A DNA stretch of 64,000 nucleotides from Candidatus Babelota bacterium (lineage in GTDB: Bacteria; Babelota; Babeliae; Babelales; Vermiphilaceae). The notes under the pieces were generated by a model that had not been told where the DNA came from, searched no databases, and was given only the letters and a program-made list of their open reading frames with translations. The position numbers and the translations under genes were made by a program. Each line of letters begins with the position of its first letter. Positions within the stretch are counted from its first letter, which is position 1. The DNA is taken from contig DAOMRS010000001.1 of assembly GCA_035445995.1 (NCBI GenBank), positions 369,203 through 433,202 on the forward strand, given 5' to 3'. Below are positions 18,608-27,112 of this stretch, piece by piece.

Positions 18608-20314
18608 ATGTCTCAAAATAATGATCTACAAAAATTGCGTCATTCTGCTGCCCATCTTCTGGCACATGCGGTACTTGAATTATTTCCAGATACCATCCTC
18701 ACGATAGGTCCTGCAACCAAAGAAGGTTTTTTCTATGATTTTCTACCAACTACCAATTTCAAAGAAGAAGATCTTACCAAATTAGAAGCACGCATGCACG
18801 AAATCGCCAAACGCAATTTACCAATCACACATGAACAAATGCCCAAAGATCAAGCACGTGCCCTATTTAAACATAATAAATTTAAACTTGAACTGATAGA
18901 CAGCATCCCTGATGATACCGTTGGTATTGCTCGCCAAGGTGACTTTGTAGACTTATGCAAAGGCGGTCATGTTGCGGCAACCGGGGACATAAAACATTTC
19001 AAACTACTTTCTATTTCCGGTGCATACTGGCGTGCAGATCGCAACAATCAAGCACTGCAACGTATTGCTGGCACTGCATTCCCCAGCGCAAAAGAACTTC
19101 GCTTGTTTGAACAACGGCGTGAAGAAGCAGCAAAATATGATCACCGCAAACTTGGCAAAGAATTGGATCTGTTTTCATTCCATGAAGAAGGGGTTGGATT
19201 TCCATTCTTCCACCCGCATGGCAAAACCGTACTCAACACCATGCAACACTACTTGCGCAACAAGTTAGAAGAAGCTGGCTATCAAGAAGTTGCAACGCCG
19301 ATGATGCTTTCTGATGAACTCTGGCGTGCATCCGGTCACTATGCACATTACAAAGATAATATGTACTTTTGTGATGTAGAAGACAAAGTGTATGCGGTCA
19401 AACCCATGAACTGTCCCGGCGCCATTTTAATTTACAAAGAACGCCCGCGCTCATACCGTGATTTACCATTGCGCTTGGCAGAATTTGGCCTGGTACACCG
19501 GTTTGAGTTGTCGGGTGTACTGCACGGACTATTCCGTGCGCGCGCATTCATGATTGACGATGGCCATATTTTCTGTACACCGGATCAAATTGAACAAGAA
19601 CTTGTCAGTGCCATACAAATGGTTAAAGAAGTATTAAACAAATTTGGATTTACCAACATCACCGTTGGCCTATCTACTAAACCAAATAATGCTATGGGTA
19701 GTGATGATTTGTGGGACCGCGCAATCAACGCACTCAAAAACTCACTTGAAAAAGCAGGTCTTGCATACAACATTCAAGAAGGTGAAGGTGCATTCTACGG
19801 ACCTAAAATTGAATTTTTGATAGAAGATTCTATGGGACGCACCTGGCAGTGCAGTACCGTACAGCTTGATTTCTTCTTGCCGGAAAATTTTGACCTGACG
19901 TACACAACACCACAAGGAACCAAAGCCCGTCCAGTGATGATCCACCGTGCTATCTACGGTTCATTTGAGCGCTTCTTTGGCATCTTGCTTGAACATTACA
20001 AAGGTAAATTACCGTTCTGGGTCGCACCGGTGCAAGTTACGATACTTACCATTACCGATGAGCAAAAAGCATATGCACGAAGTATACTTGAACAACTAAA
20101 AGCCCATGGTATTCGCGCAGAGATAGATGAAACATCTGACCAAATTTCTGGCAAAATTAAACGCGCTCAACTTGCCAAAATTCCATGGATGCTCGTAGTT
20201 GGCCAAAAAGAAGTTGAAAATAACACGATTACCTTGCGACACACCGATGGCAAACAAGAATTTGGGTTAACACTGGATGAAGTGTTGCAGAAAGCTACAC
20301 AGGAAGTAGCTTGA
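18608..20314 (+). CDS. thrS: threonine--tRNA ligase (no N-terminal TGS domain)
   Basis: 568 aa. It starts directly in the second additional domain (LRHSAAHLLAHAV). Class II core motifs are present (HRFELSGVLHGLFRARAFMIDDGHIF, GAFYGPKIEF), as is the C-terminal anticodon-binding domain. Confidence 0.92.
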   Translation: MSQNNDLQKLRHSAAHLLAHAVLELFPDTILTIGPATKEGFFYDFLPTTNFKEEDLTKLEARMHEIAKRNLPITHEQMPKDQARALFKHNKFKLELIDSIPDDTVGIARQGDFVDLCKGGHVAATGDIKHFKLLSISGAYWRADRNNQALQRIAGTAFPSAKELRLFEQRREEAAKYDHRKLGKELDLFSFHEEGVGFPFFHPHGKTVLNTMQHYLRNKLEEAGYQEVATPMMLSDELWRASGHYAHYKDNMYFCDVEDKVYAVKPMNCPGAILIYKERPRSYRDLPLRLAEFGLVHRFELSGVLHGLFRARAFMIDDGHIFCTPDQIEQELVSAIQMVKEVLNKFGFTNITVGLSTKPNNAMGSDDLWDRAINALKNSLEKAGLAYNIQEGEGAFYGPKIEFLIEDSMGRTWQCSTVQLDFFLPENFDLTYTTPQGTKARPVMIHRAIYGSFERFFGILLEHYKGKLPFWVAPVQVTILTITDEQKAYARSILEQLKAHGIRAEIDETSDQISGKIKRAQLAKIPWMLVVGQKEVENNTITLRHTDGKQEFGLTLDEVLQKATQEVA

Positions 20315-20346
20315 ACTATAACAACATAAGCAATTTTTAAAATCAT

Positions 20347-21024
20347 ATGAAACATACTAACTGGTCATTATTTTTTGTCATAGCATGTGGTGTCACCTAT
20401 CTATGGTGGTACAAAAAAACGATCACCACAGAACAGCAAGCACAAGGTATGGTGATAATTCTTAATGGACCTTCCGGATCAGGCAAAAGTTCTATACAAA
20501 AAGAGTTTCAACAACTGATGATGCCCAACTTATGGGTTAAGGTTGGTATCGACAATTTGTTTGATAAAGTTATGCCAGATATTACACCAAACAACGTAGC
20601 ATTCTGGCAAACAGCAAATCCTATTCGTTGGGTAGAAGAAATACACGATATTGAAGGCGCTAGTGCTATCAAACTATTAATGGGGCCACAAGGAGAGCGC
20701 GTTGCTTATGCAATGAATAGCGCCATTGCTGCATATGCACAGAATGGTTGTAATGTAATTGTTGATTACATTGCATACAATCCTGCATGGTTCAAAGATC
20801 TTGAACAAAAATGCAAAAACTTGACTACCTATTATGTAGCGGTAGAAATCCCACTCGATACATTGGAAAAACGTGAAGAAGAACGCGGCACCTCACCCAA
20901 AGGGCATGCACGCAGTCATTATGCAACGGTATATGGTGATAAGCAATATGATCTCGACGTAAATAGTGGCGTACATACTGCACAAGAAATTGCAGAACAG
21001 TTGAAGAAATTGGTTGAAAAATAA
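20347..21024 (+). CDS. chloramphenicol phosphotransferase-like P-loop kinase with N-terminal TM anchor
   Basis: TM segment WSLFFVIACGVTYLWWY, then VIILNGPSGSGKSSIQKEF...WVKVGIDNLF, resembling CPT-family kinases. Confidence 0.65.
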   Translation: MKHTNWSLFFVIACGVTYLWWYKKTITTEQQAQGMVIILNGPSGSGKSSIQKEFQQLMMPNLWVKVGIDNLFDKVMPDITPNNVAFWQTANPIRWVEEIHDIEGASAIKLLMGPQGERVAYAMNSAIAAYAQNGCNVIVDYIAYNPAWFKDLEQKCKNLTTYYVAVEIPLDTLEKREEERGTSPKGHARSHYATVYGDKQYDLDVNSGVHTAQEIAEQLKKLVEK

Positions 21025-21037
21025 GGGGAATAATCAC

Positions 21038-21655
21038 ATGCACTATATCGATTTATCCCGCACAATTACTCCTGATCTGCCCTGTTGGCCGAATGATCCC
21101 CCACTCGTTTTGGAACAGATTACCAAATATGGATTTGTTATTGATAATATCGTCAACACCGGCATGCACATTGGCACGCACATTGATGCTGCGCAACACA
21201 TGATAGCAGGTGGCAAATCACTTGCACAATATCCGGTAAGCAAATTCATTGGACGCGGTGTAATACTGGATGCATCTGGTCGAGATACCATTGATGTGGA
21301 TCTTTTGGAAGATGTTTATATGCAACCGGGTGATATCGTGCTTGTCCACACCGGACGAGATAAAGCATTTGGCGTACCGGCATATTTTGAAACTTATCCG
21401 GTATTTACCGAAGCATTCGGATATAAACTGGTTGAACATAAAATTAGTATGGTTGGCATGGATTCACCGACACCAGATAATTATCCATTTCCTGTGCACC
21501 AACTATTATTGCAACATGATGTTTTAATTATTGAAATGCTTACTAACTTAGACAAACTATTCGGTATTTCTAAATTCACAGTTATCGCTTTACCACCAAA
21601 ATTTGATACTGCAGGTGCATTTGCTCGAGTAATAGCATTTGTTGATAAAATTTAG
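21038..21655 (+). CDS. cyclase-family protein (kynurenine formamidase-like)
   Basis: HIGTHIDAAQH matches the cyclase/arylformamidase H-x-G-T-H-x-D-x-x-x-H motif. Start taken at ATG 21038 (MHYIDLS). Confidence 0.75.
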   Translation: MHYIDLSRTITPDLPCWPNDPPLVLEQITKYGFVIDNIVNTGMHIGTHIDAAQHMIAGGKSLAQYPVSKFIGRGVILDASGRDTIDVDLLEDVYMQPGDIVLVHTGRDKAFGVPAYFETYPVFTEAFGYKLVEHKISMVGMDSPTPDNYPFPVHQLLLQHDVLIIEMLTNLDKLFGISKFTVIALPPKFDTAGAFARVIAFVDKI

Positions 21656-21661
21656 GCATAG

Positions 21662-22684
21662 TCAGTTTTTTAACATTACATGAGTATCGGTTTTGAATGT
21701 TATATCTATAACACCCTGAGACATAAACATATCTACAAACTGCTTATACATTTCTGCTCTATTTTTAGTATCATCTGTCGTCAAAAGCAACTGTTGGTTA
21801 TACTCAGCAATGTCTTCCACTATTCGTTCATACCGGTAATAAGCAAGAATATCCTTATTGATCTCAGTTTTTCCATAACCTTCATAAAAAAATTCTTCTT
21901 CGTGAAGATCATTCCAAACATTACCAACACCCCCACCGATAAACATCAAATCTCGCTCTTTAGGAGCCATAATAGGTTGGTCCCAATCTACTATATAAAG
22001 AGAGCTATCATTAGCTATCAAGACATTGCCAGCATGTATATCAGAATGACATAACACAAACTTAAGTGACTTTTTCTGAATCTGCTGTCCTAATTGCTCT
22101 GCACGATCTACCAAGCGCTGAATGGTTTCTCTATGTTCTTGCATAAGCGTTAATAGATTCAATGCTATCTCATCAGTTACTTGTGGGTTAGTATCAATAT
22201 AGGTATAGATTGACCGGACCGCTTCACACCATTTAGACGAATAAGTTTCGTGCCTAATCTTATCTTTAATAAATGGAGGTAACTGAAATTCATGTATTTG
22301 CCTCAAGGCTTTGCCCAGCATAACCCATTGCTCATTGGTCAGAGCGCAATTAAACCCATCTAATCCTTGGATAAATGGATATACAATAAAAGTAAAATCA
22401 TCAATATAGTGGGTTGATTTGCCATACTTTGTTTTTATAGGAGCTATAATCTGTGGAATTCCAGAATCATGCAGCATTTGTTGTACCATAACACCAATAT
22501 CACAATGGTGACTATGTTTAATCTTTACAAAATAAGTTGAATTGTCATGCGCTTGAGCTTTATATACTGATGCATTTACATCTGCACCCAAAGGAATAAA
22601 TGTCAGCGCAGCAACTTCAATACCATAATCAGTATTGAGACAATCAATAATACGTTGATTAGAAAGGAATTGCTTTTCTGTCAT
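21662..22684 (-). CDS. aminoglycoside phosphotransferase family kinase, APH(9)/spectinomycin-phosphotransferase-like
   Basis: Catalytic loop LCHSDIHAGNVLI and metal-binding IVDWD. The long block PKERDLMFIGGGVGNVWN...FYEGYG...YYRYERIVEDIAEY matches my recollection of Legionella APH(9)-Ia closely. Confidence 0.8.
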   Translation of the reverse strand: MTEKQFLSNQRIIDCLNTDYGIEVAALTFIPLGADVNASVYKAQAHDNSTYFVKIKHSHHCDIGVMVQQMLHDSGIPQIIAPIKTKYGKSTHYIDDFTFIVYPFIQGLDGFNCALTNEQWVMLGKALRQIHEFQLPPFIKDKIRHETYSSKWCEAVRSIYTYIDTNPQVTDEIALNLLTLMQEHRETIQRLVDRAEQLGQQIQKKSLKFVLCHSDIHAGNVLIANDSSLYIVDWDQPIMAPKERDLMFIGGGVGNVWNDLHEEEFFYEGYGKTEINKDILAYYRYERIVEDIAEYNQQLLLTTDDTKNRAEMYKQFVDMFMSQGVIDITFKTDTHVMLKN

Positions 22685-22818
22685 AGGTAAAATGTACCGG
22701 TAAAAATATGAATAATAAACAATTATGCTTTACCTAAAAACTCAGAGCAAGATAATTTTACAAAAAAATTATAATATAGGTATACAGAAAAAAATAATTA
22801 CAAAATATAGGTAGTTTT

Positions 22819-23595
22819 ATGAAACCAATATTCCACACAAGTGCATTACCTGAGCATTATGACCCTGCAGCAGAAACTTATGATGCGTTTAACGAACAAC
22901 TATCTGCAACAATTAATCAGACCATCACCAACATACTAAAAGAGCATAAAGTACGTTCAGTGCTTGATATGACCTGCGGTACCGGGTCACAAGTATTTTG
23001 GCTTACCCAAGAAGGCTTTAAAGTCGTTGGCTCTGATATCAATAAAAAAATGTTGGATATTGCACGGCAAAAAGCTAAAGCCAATAACCTCGATATACAA
23101 TTTATAGAAGGCGATATGCGTACTACACAAATTGATACGTTTGATGCAGTCATTACCATATTCAATGCAGTCGGCCATCTGACGAAATCTGATTTTGAAC
23201 AAGCCATACGCAACATATATAGTAATCTAAATCCTGGTGGATTATATATTTTTGATATCTTTAATTTGGATTACTTGTTGCATGGCAATAATATCACAAC
23301 TCTGACTATTGATTGGCAAAAAATTGTTGATAATATTGCCGTACGAGACATTCAATACAGCACCATAGATCAAGCAGGTATCCTATCCTCATATACCACA
23401 CACTATGTAAAAAAAGACAATGAGGAGCCAACCATTACAGAAAGTGCACAAACATTACAGGTATACACTGCACAACAATTACAAGATATGCTCCAGCGCA
23501 ATGGATTTAAAGTACTCAATCAATGTGCTATTGATGGGTCATCATTTGCCCCATATGAAACCGAGCGTATTTTAATTGTTGCACAGAAAGTATAA
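22819..23595 (+). CDS. class I SAM-dependent methyltransferase
   Basis: Motif I VLDMTCGTGSQ and motif post-I GSDINKKML. Confidence 0.85.
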   Translation: MKPIFHTSALPEHYDPAAETYDAFNEQLSATINQTITNILKEHKVRSVLDMTCGTGSQVFWLTQEGFKVVGSDINKKMLDIARQKAKANNLDIQFIEGDMRTTQIDTFDAVITIFNAVGHLTKSDFEQAIRNIYSNLNPGGLYIFDIFNLDYLLHGNNITTLTIDWQKIVDNIAVRDIQYSTIDQAGILSSYTTHYVKKDNEEPTITESAQTLQVYTAQQLQDMLQRNGFKVLNQCAIDGSSFAPYETERILIVAQKV

Positions 23596-23614
23596 CTTCT
23601 TATCGGAGATATCT

Positions 23615-24085
23615 ATGTACGATATTACTATTCGTCATTTCAAGCCATCTGATACACCCGAACTGATCCAACTATTCCGCGATGCAGTACACACAATCAA
23701 CATTCAACACTACGCTCCGGAACAAATTGCCGTCTGGGCACCAGAAGATATTGATCAAGACAAATGGCTTAAATCACTCGTACAAAATATCACCTTTGTA
23801 GCAGAGCTTGATGGCAAGGTTGTCGGCTTTGCCGACATGACGCATGAAGGCTACTTGGATCGACTCTATGTGCACAAAGATTACCAAGGTCGATTCATTG
23901 CATTCCGATTATTCAAGCATATTGAGCAAGCTGCGCGTAAACTTGGCCTGACCAAAATCACCACTGATTGCAGTATTACCGCACGAATTCCTGCAGAGCG
24001 GATGGGGTTCAAGGTGGTCAAAGAACAGATAGTGGTACGCAAGGGGGTTAAGCTCAAGAATTATGTGATGGAAAAAGAGTTATAG
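23615..24085 (+). CDS. GNAT family N-acetyltransferase
   Basis: Acetyl-CoA binding block LYVHKDYQGRFIAFRLFKHIEQ. Start ATG 23615 follows GGAG. Confidence 0.85.
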   Translation: MYDITIRHFKPSDTPELIQLFRDAVHTINIQHYAPEQIAVWAPEDIDQDKWLKSLVQNITFVAELDGKVVGFADMTHEGYLDRLYVHKDYQGRFIAFRLFKHIEQAARKLGLTKITTDCSITARIPAERMGFKVVKEQIVVRKGVKLKNYVMEKEL

Positions 24086-24666
24086 TTCTTATCAATATGT
24101 CTTTGCATAATATCTTGATCATAATAACAGCCATTAATATAAAGTGCATTTTTATGTTCACCGCATTTTATGAATCCAAGTTTTTTGTACAATTCAATAG
24201 CAGCTTTTTGTGTGGTAGTTACAAAAAGCATAACTTCAGTTACATGCTCACTCTTTCTTAATTTTTCTAAAACTGAACGGACTAAGATTTCGCCTATACG
24301 AAAGCCTCTATATGTTGGTTTTACGTATACGCTTATTAATGTAGCCACGTGTCTGCAAGCAGAAAGATGCGCCATTTTGCACATAGCACCAGCTACCCCA
24401 ATAAGCTTACCCTCATTTTGAACAAAACTAAGCCACATATTATTGCCATGTTGTGCATCTTCGAGCAGTTTTTTATATGATTCCAATGATCGGCTTTCCT
24501 CATCTTGTACAGAACCACCAATTCCTTGTGGATCATTCGTCACCGCATCTATGCGCAATGCACGAAATTCTTCCCATCGCTCTGGAGCCAAATCAAATGG
24601 GTTTATCGTTGCAAGCATTGCATAAGCATTAATTCCCATGCTTAAAAAACATACTATTAAAAACAT
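24061..24666 (-). CDS. GNAT family N-acetyltransferase with N-terminal signal/anchor sequence
   Basis: VYVKPTYRGFRIGEILVRSVLE GNAT motif. The preferred start is ATG 24666 (MFLIVCFLSMGINAYA), preceded by AAGGAA. The 3' end overlaps the convergent GNAT gene by 25 bp. Confidence 0.75.
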   Translation of the reverse strand: MFLIVCFLSMGINAYAMLATINPFDLAPERWEEFRALRIDAVTNDPQGIGGSVQDEESRSLESYKKLLEDAQHGNNMWLSFVQNEGKLIGVAGAMCKMAHLSACRHVATLISVYVKPTYRGFRIGEILVRSVLEKLRKSEHVTEVMLFVTTTQKAAIELYKKLGFIKCGEHKNALYINGCYYDQDIMQRHIDKNYNSFSIT

Positions 24667-24706
24667 TATTTTGTTCCTTAGCCCCAATGTTCTAATTTTT
24701 TTATGA

Positions 24707-25102
24707 TTAGCCAAATACCTTTTTATGCCAAAATGCTTTTTTATTATCATAAAACCATTTTTTGTTATCTTCAGTTAAAAATCTGCTCAATTGTTTTATG
24801 TCAATTTTGTATCTATAGAATAATGCAAGAAGTTCCATAAGATCAGCATCTGGTATTACATCAGTTTCAAAGTACAAATACAACTCGTCTCCAATACCAT
24901 CAAATTTTTTGATAGATGGTATTTTCTGTATCCATACAAAAAATAACATTTCATCTAATGCAGAAAAATACCAAATTTCTTTGCATGTTAAGACCAATTT
25001 ATATTTATTATTTCCTTTTCGGTCTTCTTTACTTTCAGGAAAAATATTCTTATGTCTTCCTGTCTTTAGGTTATGAACATCCCAATGTGGACCTACATGC
25101 AT
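24707..25102 (-). CDS. hypothetical protein; N-terminus resembles an orphan toxin C-terminal tip, remainder a possible immunity-type module
   Basis: N-terminus MHVGPHWDVHNLKTGRHKNIFPES parallels the SHGGSQYKVFKETSKGLEWIF segment at the C-terminus of the Hint toxin two genes upstream. The rest (…DLMELLALFYRYKIDIKQL…) is unrecognised. Confidence 0.45.
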   Translation of the reverse strand: MHVGPHWDVHNLKTGRHKNIFPESKEDRKGNNKYKLVLTCKEIWYFSALDEMLFFVWIQKIPSIKKFDGIGDELYLYFETDVIPDADLMELLALFYRYKIDIKQLSRFLTEDNKKWFYDNKKAFWHKKVFG

Positions 25103-25125
25103 TTATATCTCCTGAATTTTCTAAA

Positions 25126-25443
25126 TTATAATCCACGCTTCTTCCACCAATCATCTGTTTTGAATTCTTCTGGTAAAATTCCTTCTTCTTCAGCATAAGT
25201 ATCATTTTCTATGCCATACTCTTTTTCCAAGATATCAAAATATTGATCGCGCAAGCTTTCGGGCAACTTTGTACCACACCAAGGACAATATAATAAACAT
25301 TGTATTGCAGTTATTTTTTTTCTATAGCTCAATGGGATATAATATTCTCTATATTTAGGTATATACCCTATCTGTACTCTAATATCTTCTATAAAGTTAT
25401 TCATCAACTCACAACAATGTTCAGACGTATTTTTTATTTGCAT
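25126..25443 (-). CDS. hypothetical small Cys-containing protein (possible immunity-type protein)
   Basis: 105 aa with HCC...CPWCGTKLP Cys cluster. It lies inside the toxin cassette on the same strand. Confidence 0.5.
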   Translation of the reverse strand: MQIKNTSEHCCELMNNFIEDIRVQIGYIPKYREYYIPLSYRKKITAIQCLLYCPWCGTKLPESLRDQYFDILEKEYGIENDTYAEEEGILPEEFKTDDWWKKRGL

Positions 25444-25471
25444 TTTTTCACATATAAATCTTAAACAACCA

Positions 25472-25933
25472 TCATAGGTAGGCTACAAATACTTGTAGTC
25501 TATAGTCATCTTCGTCATCTGACATATTTTCTTCTATTGTTACTTCACTCCAAGGGATACCTTCATGATACGACGAAGTTTTAAAATTTTTCAATATTGA
25601 CAATGAGTCATGAACCAAATCAATCTTGCAACCAAATGGCAGCTGTGTAACGTGCCCAGAAATAATATTAAAACGTAACTGACTTGCCATCTCATCAAAC
25701 CACATGTATAACGTTTTATCTTGATTATTACTTTTTATTTGTAAAATAAGGTTATTGACAAATTTTTGTAAATCCTGTATCGACACTGTTTCTACTGCTC
25801 CTGGGTCAAGCGATATGCCCCACATATTAGTCAATGTTTCTTCATCACGTAGCTGGTGATTACCAGTTATGAGTACTGGACTATTCAAAATAATATTTAA
25901 ATCACTAGCTTGCTTAATAATGATATGATTCAT
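25472..25933 (-). CDS. candidate immunity protein, translationally coupled to the Hint-domain toxin
   Basis: Start ATG (25933-25931) overlaps the toxin stop TGA (25932-25930) as ATGA. It is an acidic 153-aa protein with no leader. Confidence 0.55.
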   Translation of the reverse strand: MNHIIIKQASDLNIILNSPVLITGNHQLRDEETLTNMWGISLDPGAVETVSIQDLQKFVNNLILQIKSNNQDKTLYMWFDEMASQLRFNIISGHVTQLPFGCKIDLVHDSLSILKNFKTSSYHEGIPWSEVTIEENMSDDEDDYRLQVFVAYL

Positions 25934-27000
25934 GAACAACCTATTATATCTTTGTATGGTATAAATATACCCGTTGGACCCTTATGTTTTCCCATTATGG
26001 GACTTCCTTGAGCATCTGCATCAAAAATCCATTCAAGTCCTTTAGATGTTTCTTTGAAAACTTTATATTGCGAACCACCATGACTTGCTCGATCCTTAGA
26101 CCACCAATATTTTGTATCTGGATCTTGGTATATATTACCAAACCGTTGCGTTCTTCCTCTCTTACCTTTTTTTGATTTAAATTTATCAAAAAAATTTGTT
26201 TTATTATTTTTGTCTTTATTTTCCGGATCTTCCGGACTACCACCTGCTGCCATTTTTGAATTGTTGTTATAATTACTCTGCGCATTATTATTCTCTTTTT
26301 GGTGCTGTTCAATATAAGCGGTATTAAATGACAACTTATAATCTACAACTTTTCTGCCAGCGATCTTTTTCCATATAATGCCAGCAACGCTTCCAATCAC
26401 CAGTCCACCTACAACAGCCGGCGCACCAATGCTCAAACCAAATAAACTTCCAAGTGCACCAAGCTCGAATGGGATTTTTGCCCCAGCTAATAATGCAACT
26501 GGCAACACCATGTTATGTGTGAGTACTGCATGTTGACCAACCAAGAAGGTGTGCGTATTTTGTACTTCAATAGAACAGACTGCTCGTTTATTTTTTATAA
26601 ACTCAACATAAGTAACAGGAATTAATGTGTTGTATTGTCCCAGAAGAATATCACCTTGGCGCAGCTCATATGCAGATACCCATTTGTTGGTCAGTGCAAG
26701 ATAGAATTCTTGTGTAGGTGTACAGATAATGTCATTACAACCACCATCAAGCCCTAGCGCAAAATAACAGTTAGTTTCACTTTTACCACCACTGGCAACA
26801 TGACTACTCACCCAACATTTTTTATCAACATCATAACTTGCTATAGATTGTTTTTTGTTCTTTGCAGCAAGTTCACATATTTGCTCCAAAGGATACCAAC
26901 TATTATGATCATTTTTGACTAAAGTAGATGGATCAAAACCATGGGAGCATAATTGAGATATGAATACTAAGCAAAAACCAGCAAGTATATAATACTTCAT
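25930..27000 (-). CDS. Hint-domain polymorphic toxin-like protein (leader + Hint + Gly-rich hydrophobic segment + C-terminal toxin-like module)
   Basis: Leader MKYYILAGFCLVFISQL, then a Hint signature from C-SHGFDPSTLV through TPTQEFY...WVSAYELRQGDILL...IEVQNTHTFLVGQHAVLTHN. Next comes the hydrophobic segment LAGAKIPFELGALGSLFGLSIGAPAVVGGLVIGSVAGII, a low-complexity N/K linker and a basic C-terminal domain. Confidence 0.75.
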   Translation of the reverse strand: MKYYILAGFCLVFISQLCSHGFDPSTLVKNDHNSWYPLEQICELAAKNKKQSIASYDVDKKCWVSSHVASGGKSETNCYFALGLDGGCNDIICTPTQEFYLALTNKWVSAYELRQGDILLGQYNTLIPVTYVEFIKNKRAVCSIEVQNTHTFLVGQHAVLTHNMVLPVALLAGAKIPFELGALGSLFGLSIGAPAVVGGLVIGSVAGIIWKKIAGRKVVDYKLSFNTAYIEQHQKENNNAQSNYNNNSKMAAGGSPEDPENKDKNNKTNFFDKFKSKKGKRGRTQRFGNIYQDPDTKYWWSKDRASHGGSQYKVFKETSKGLEWIFDADAQGSPIMGKHKGPTGIFIPYKDIIGCS

Positions 27001-27018
27001 TGATCCCCTTTGACTAAC

Positions 27019-27111
27019 TCACCGTGATTTTTTCACGCCCACGCGGGGACACAGATCTGCAATTGCACATCTTGAACAAAATGGCGATATCGGCACACAT
27101 ACATTCTGGCC
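27019..27111 (-). pseudogene. detached duplicate of the last 30 codons plus stop of nth
   Basis: It translates to GQNVCVPISPFCSRCAIADLCPRVGVKKSR-stop, identical to the end of nth at 27674..27766. There are 9 nucleotide differences in 93, all synonymous. It has no upstream coding continuation. Confidence 0.85.
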
Positions 27112-27112
27112 G

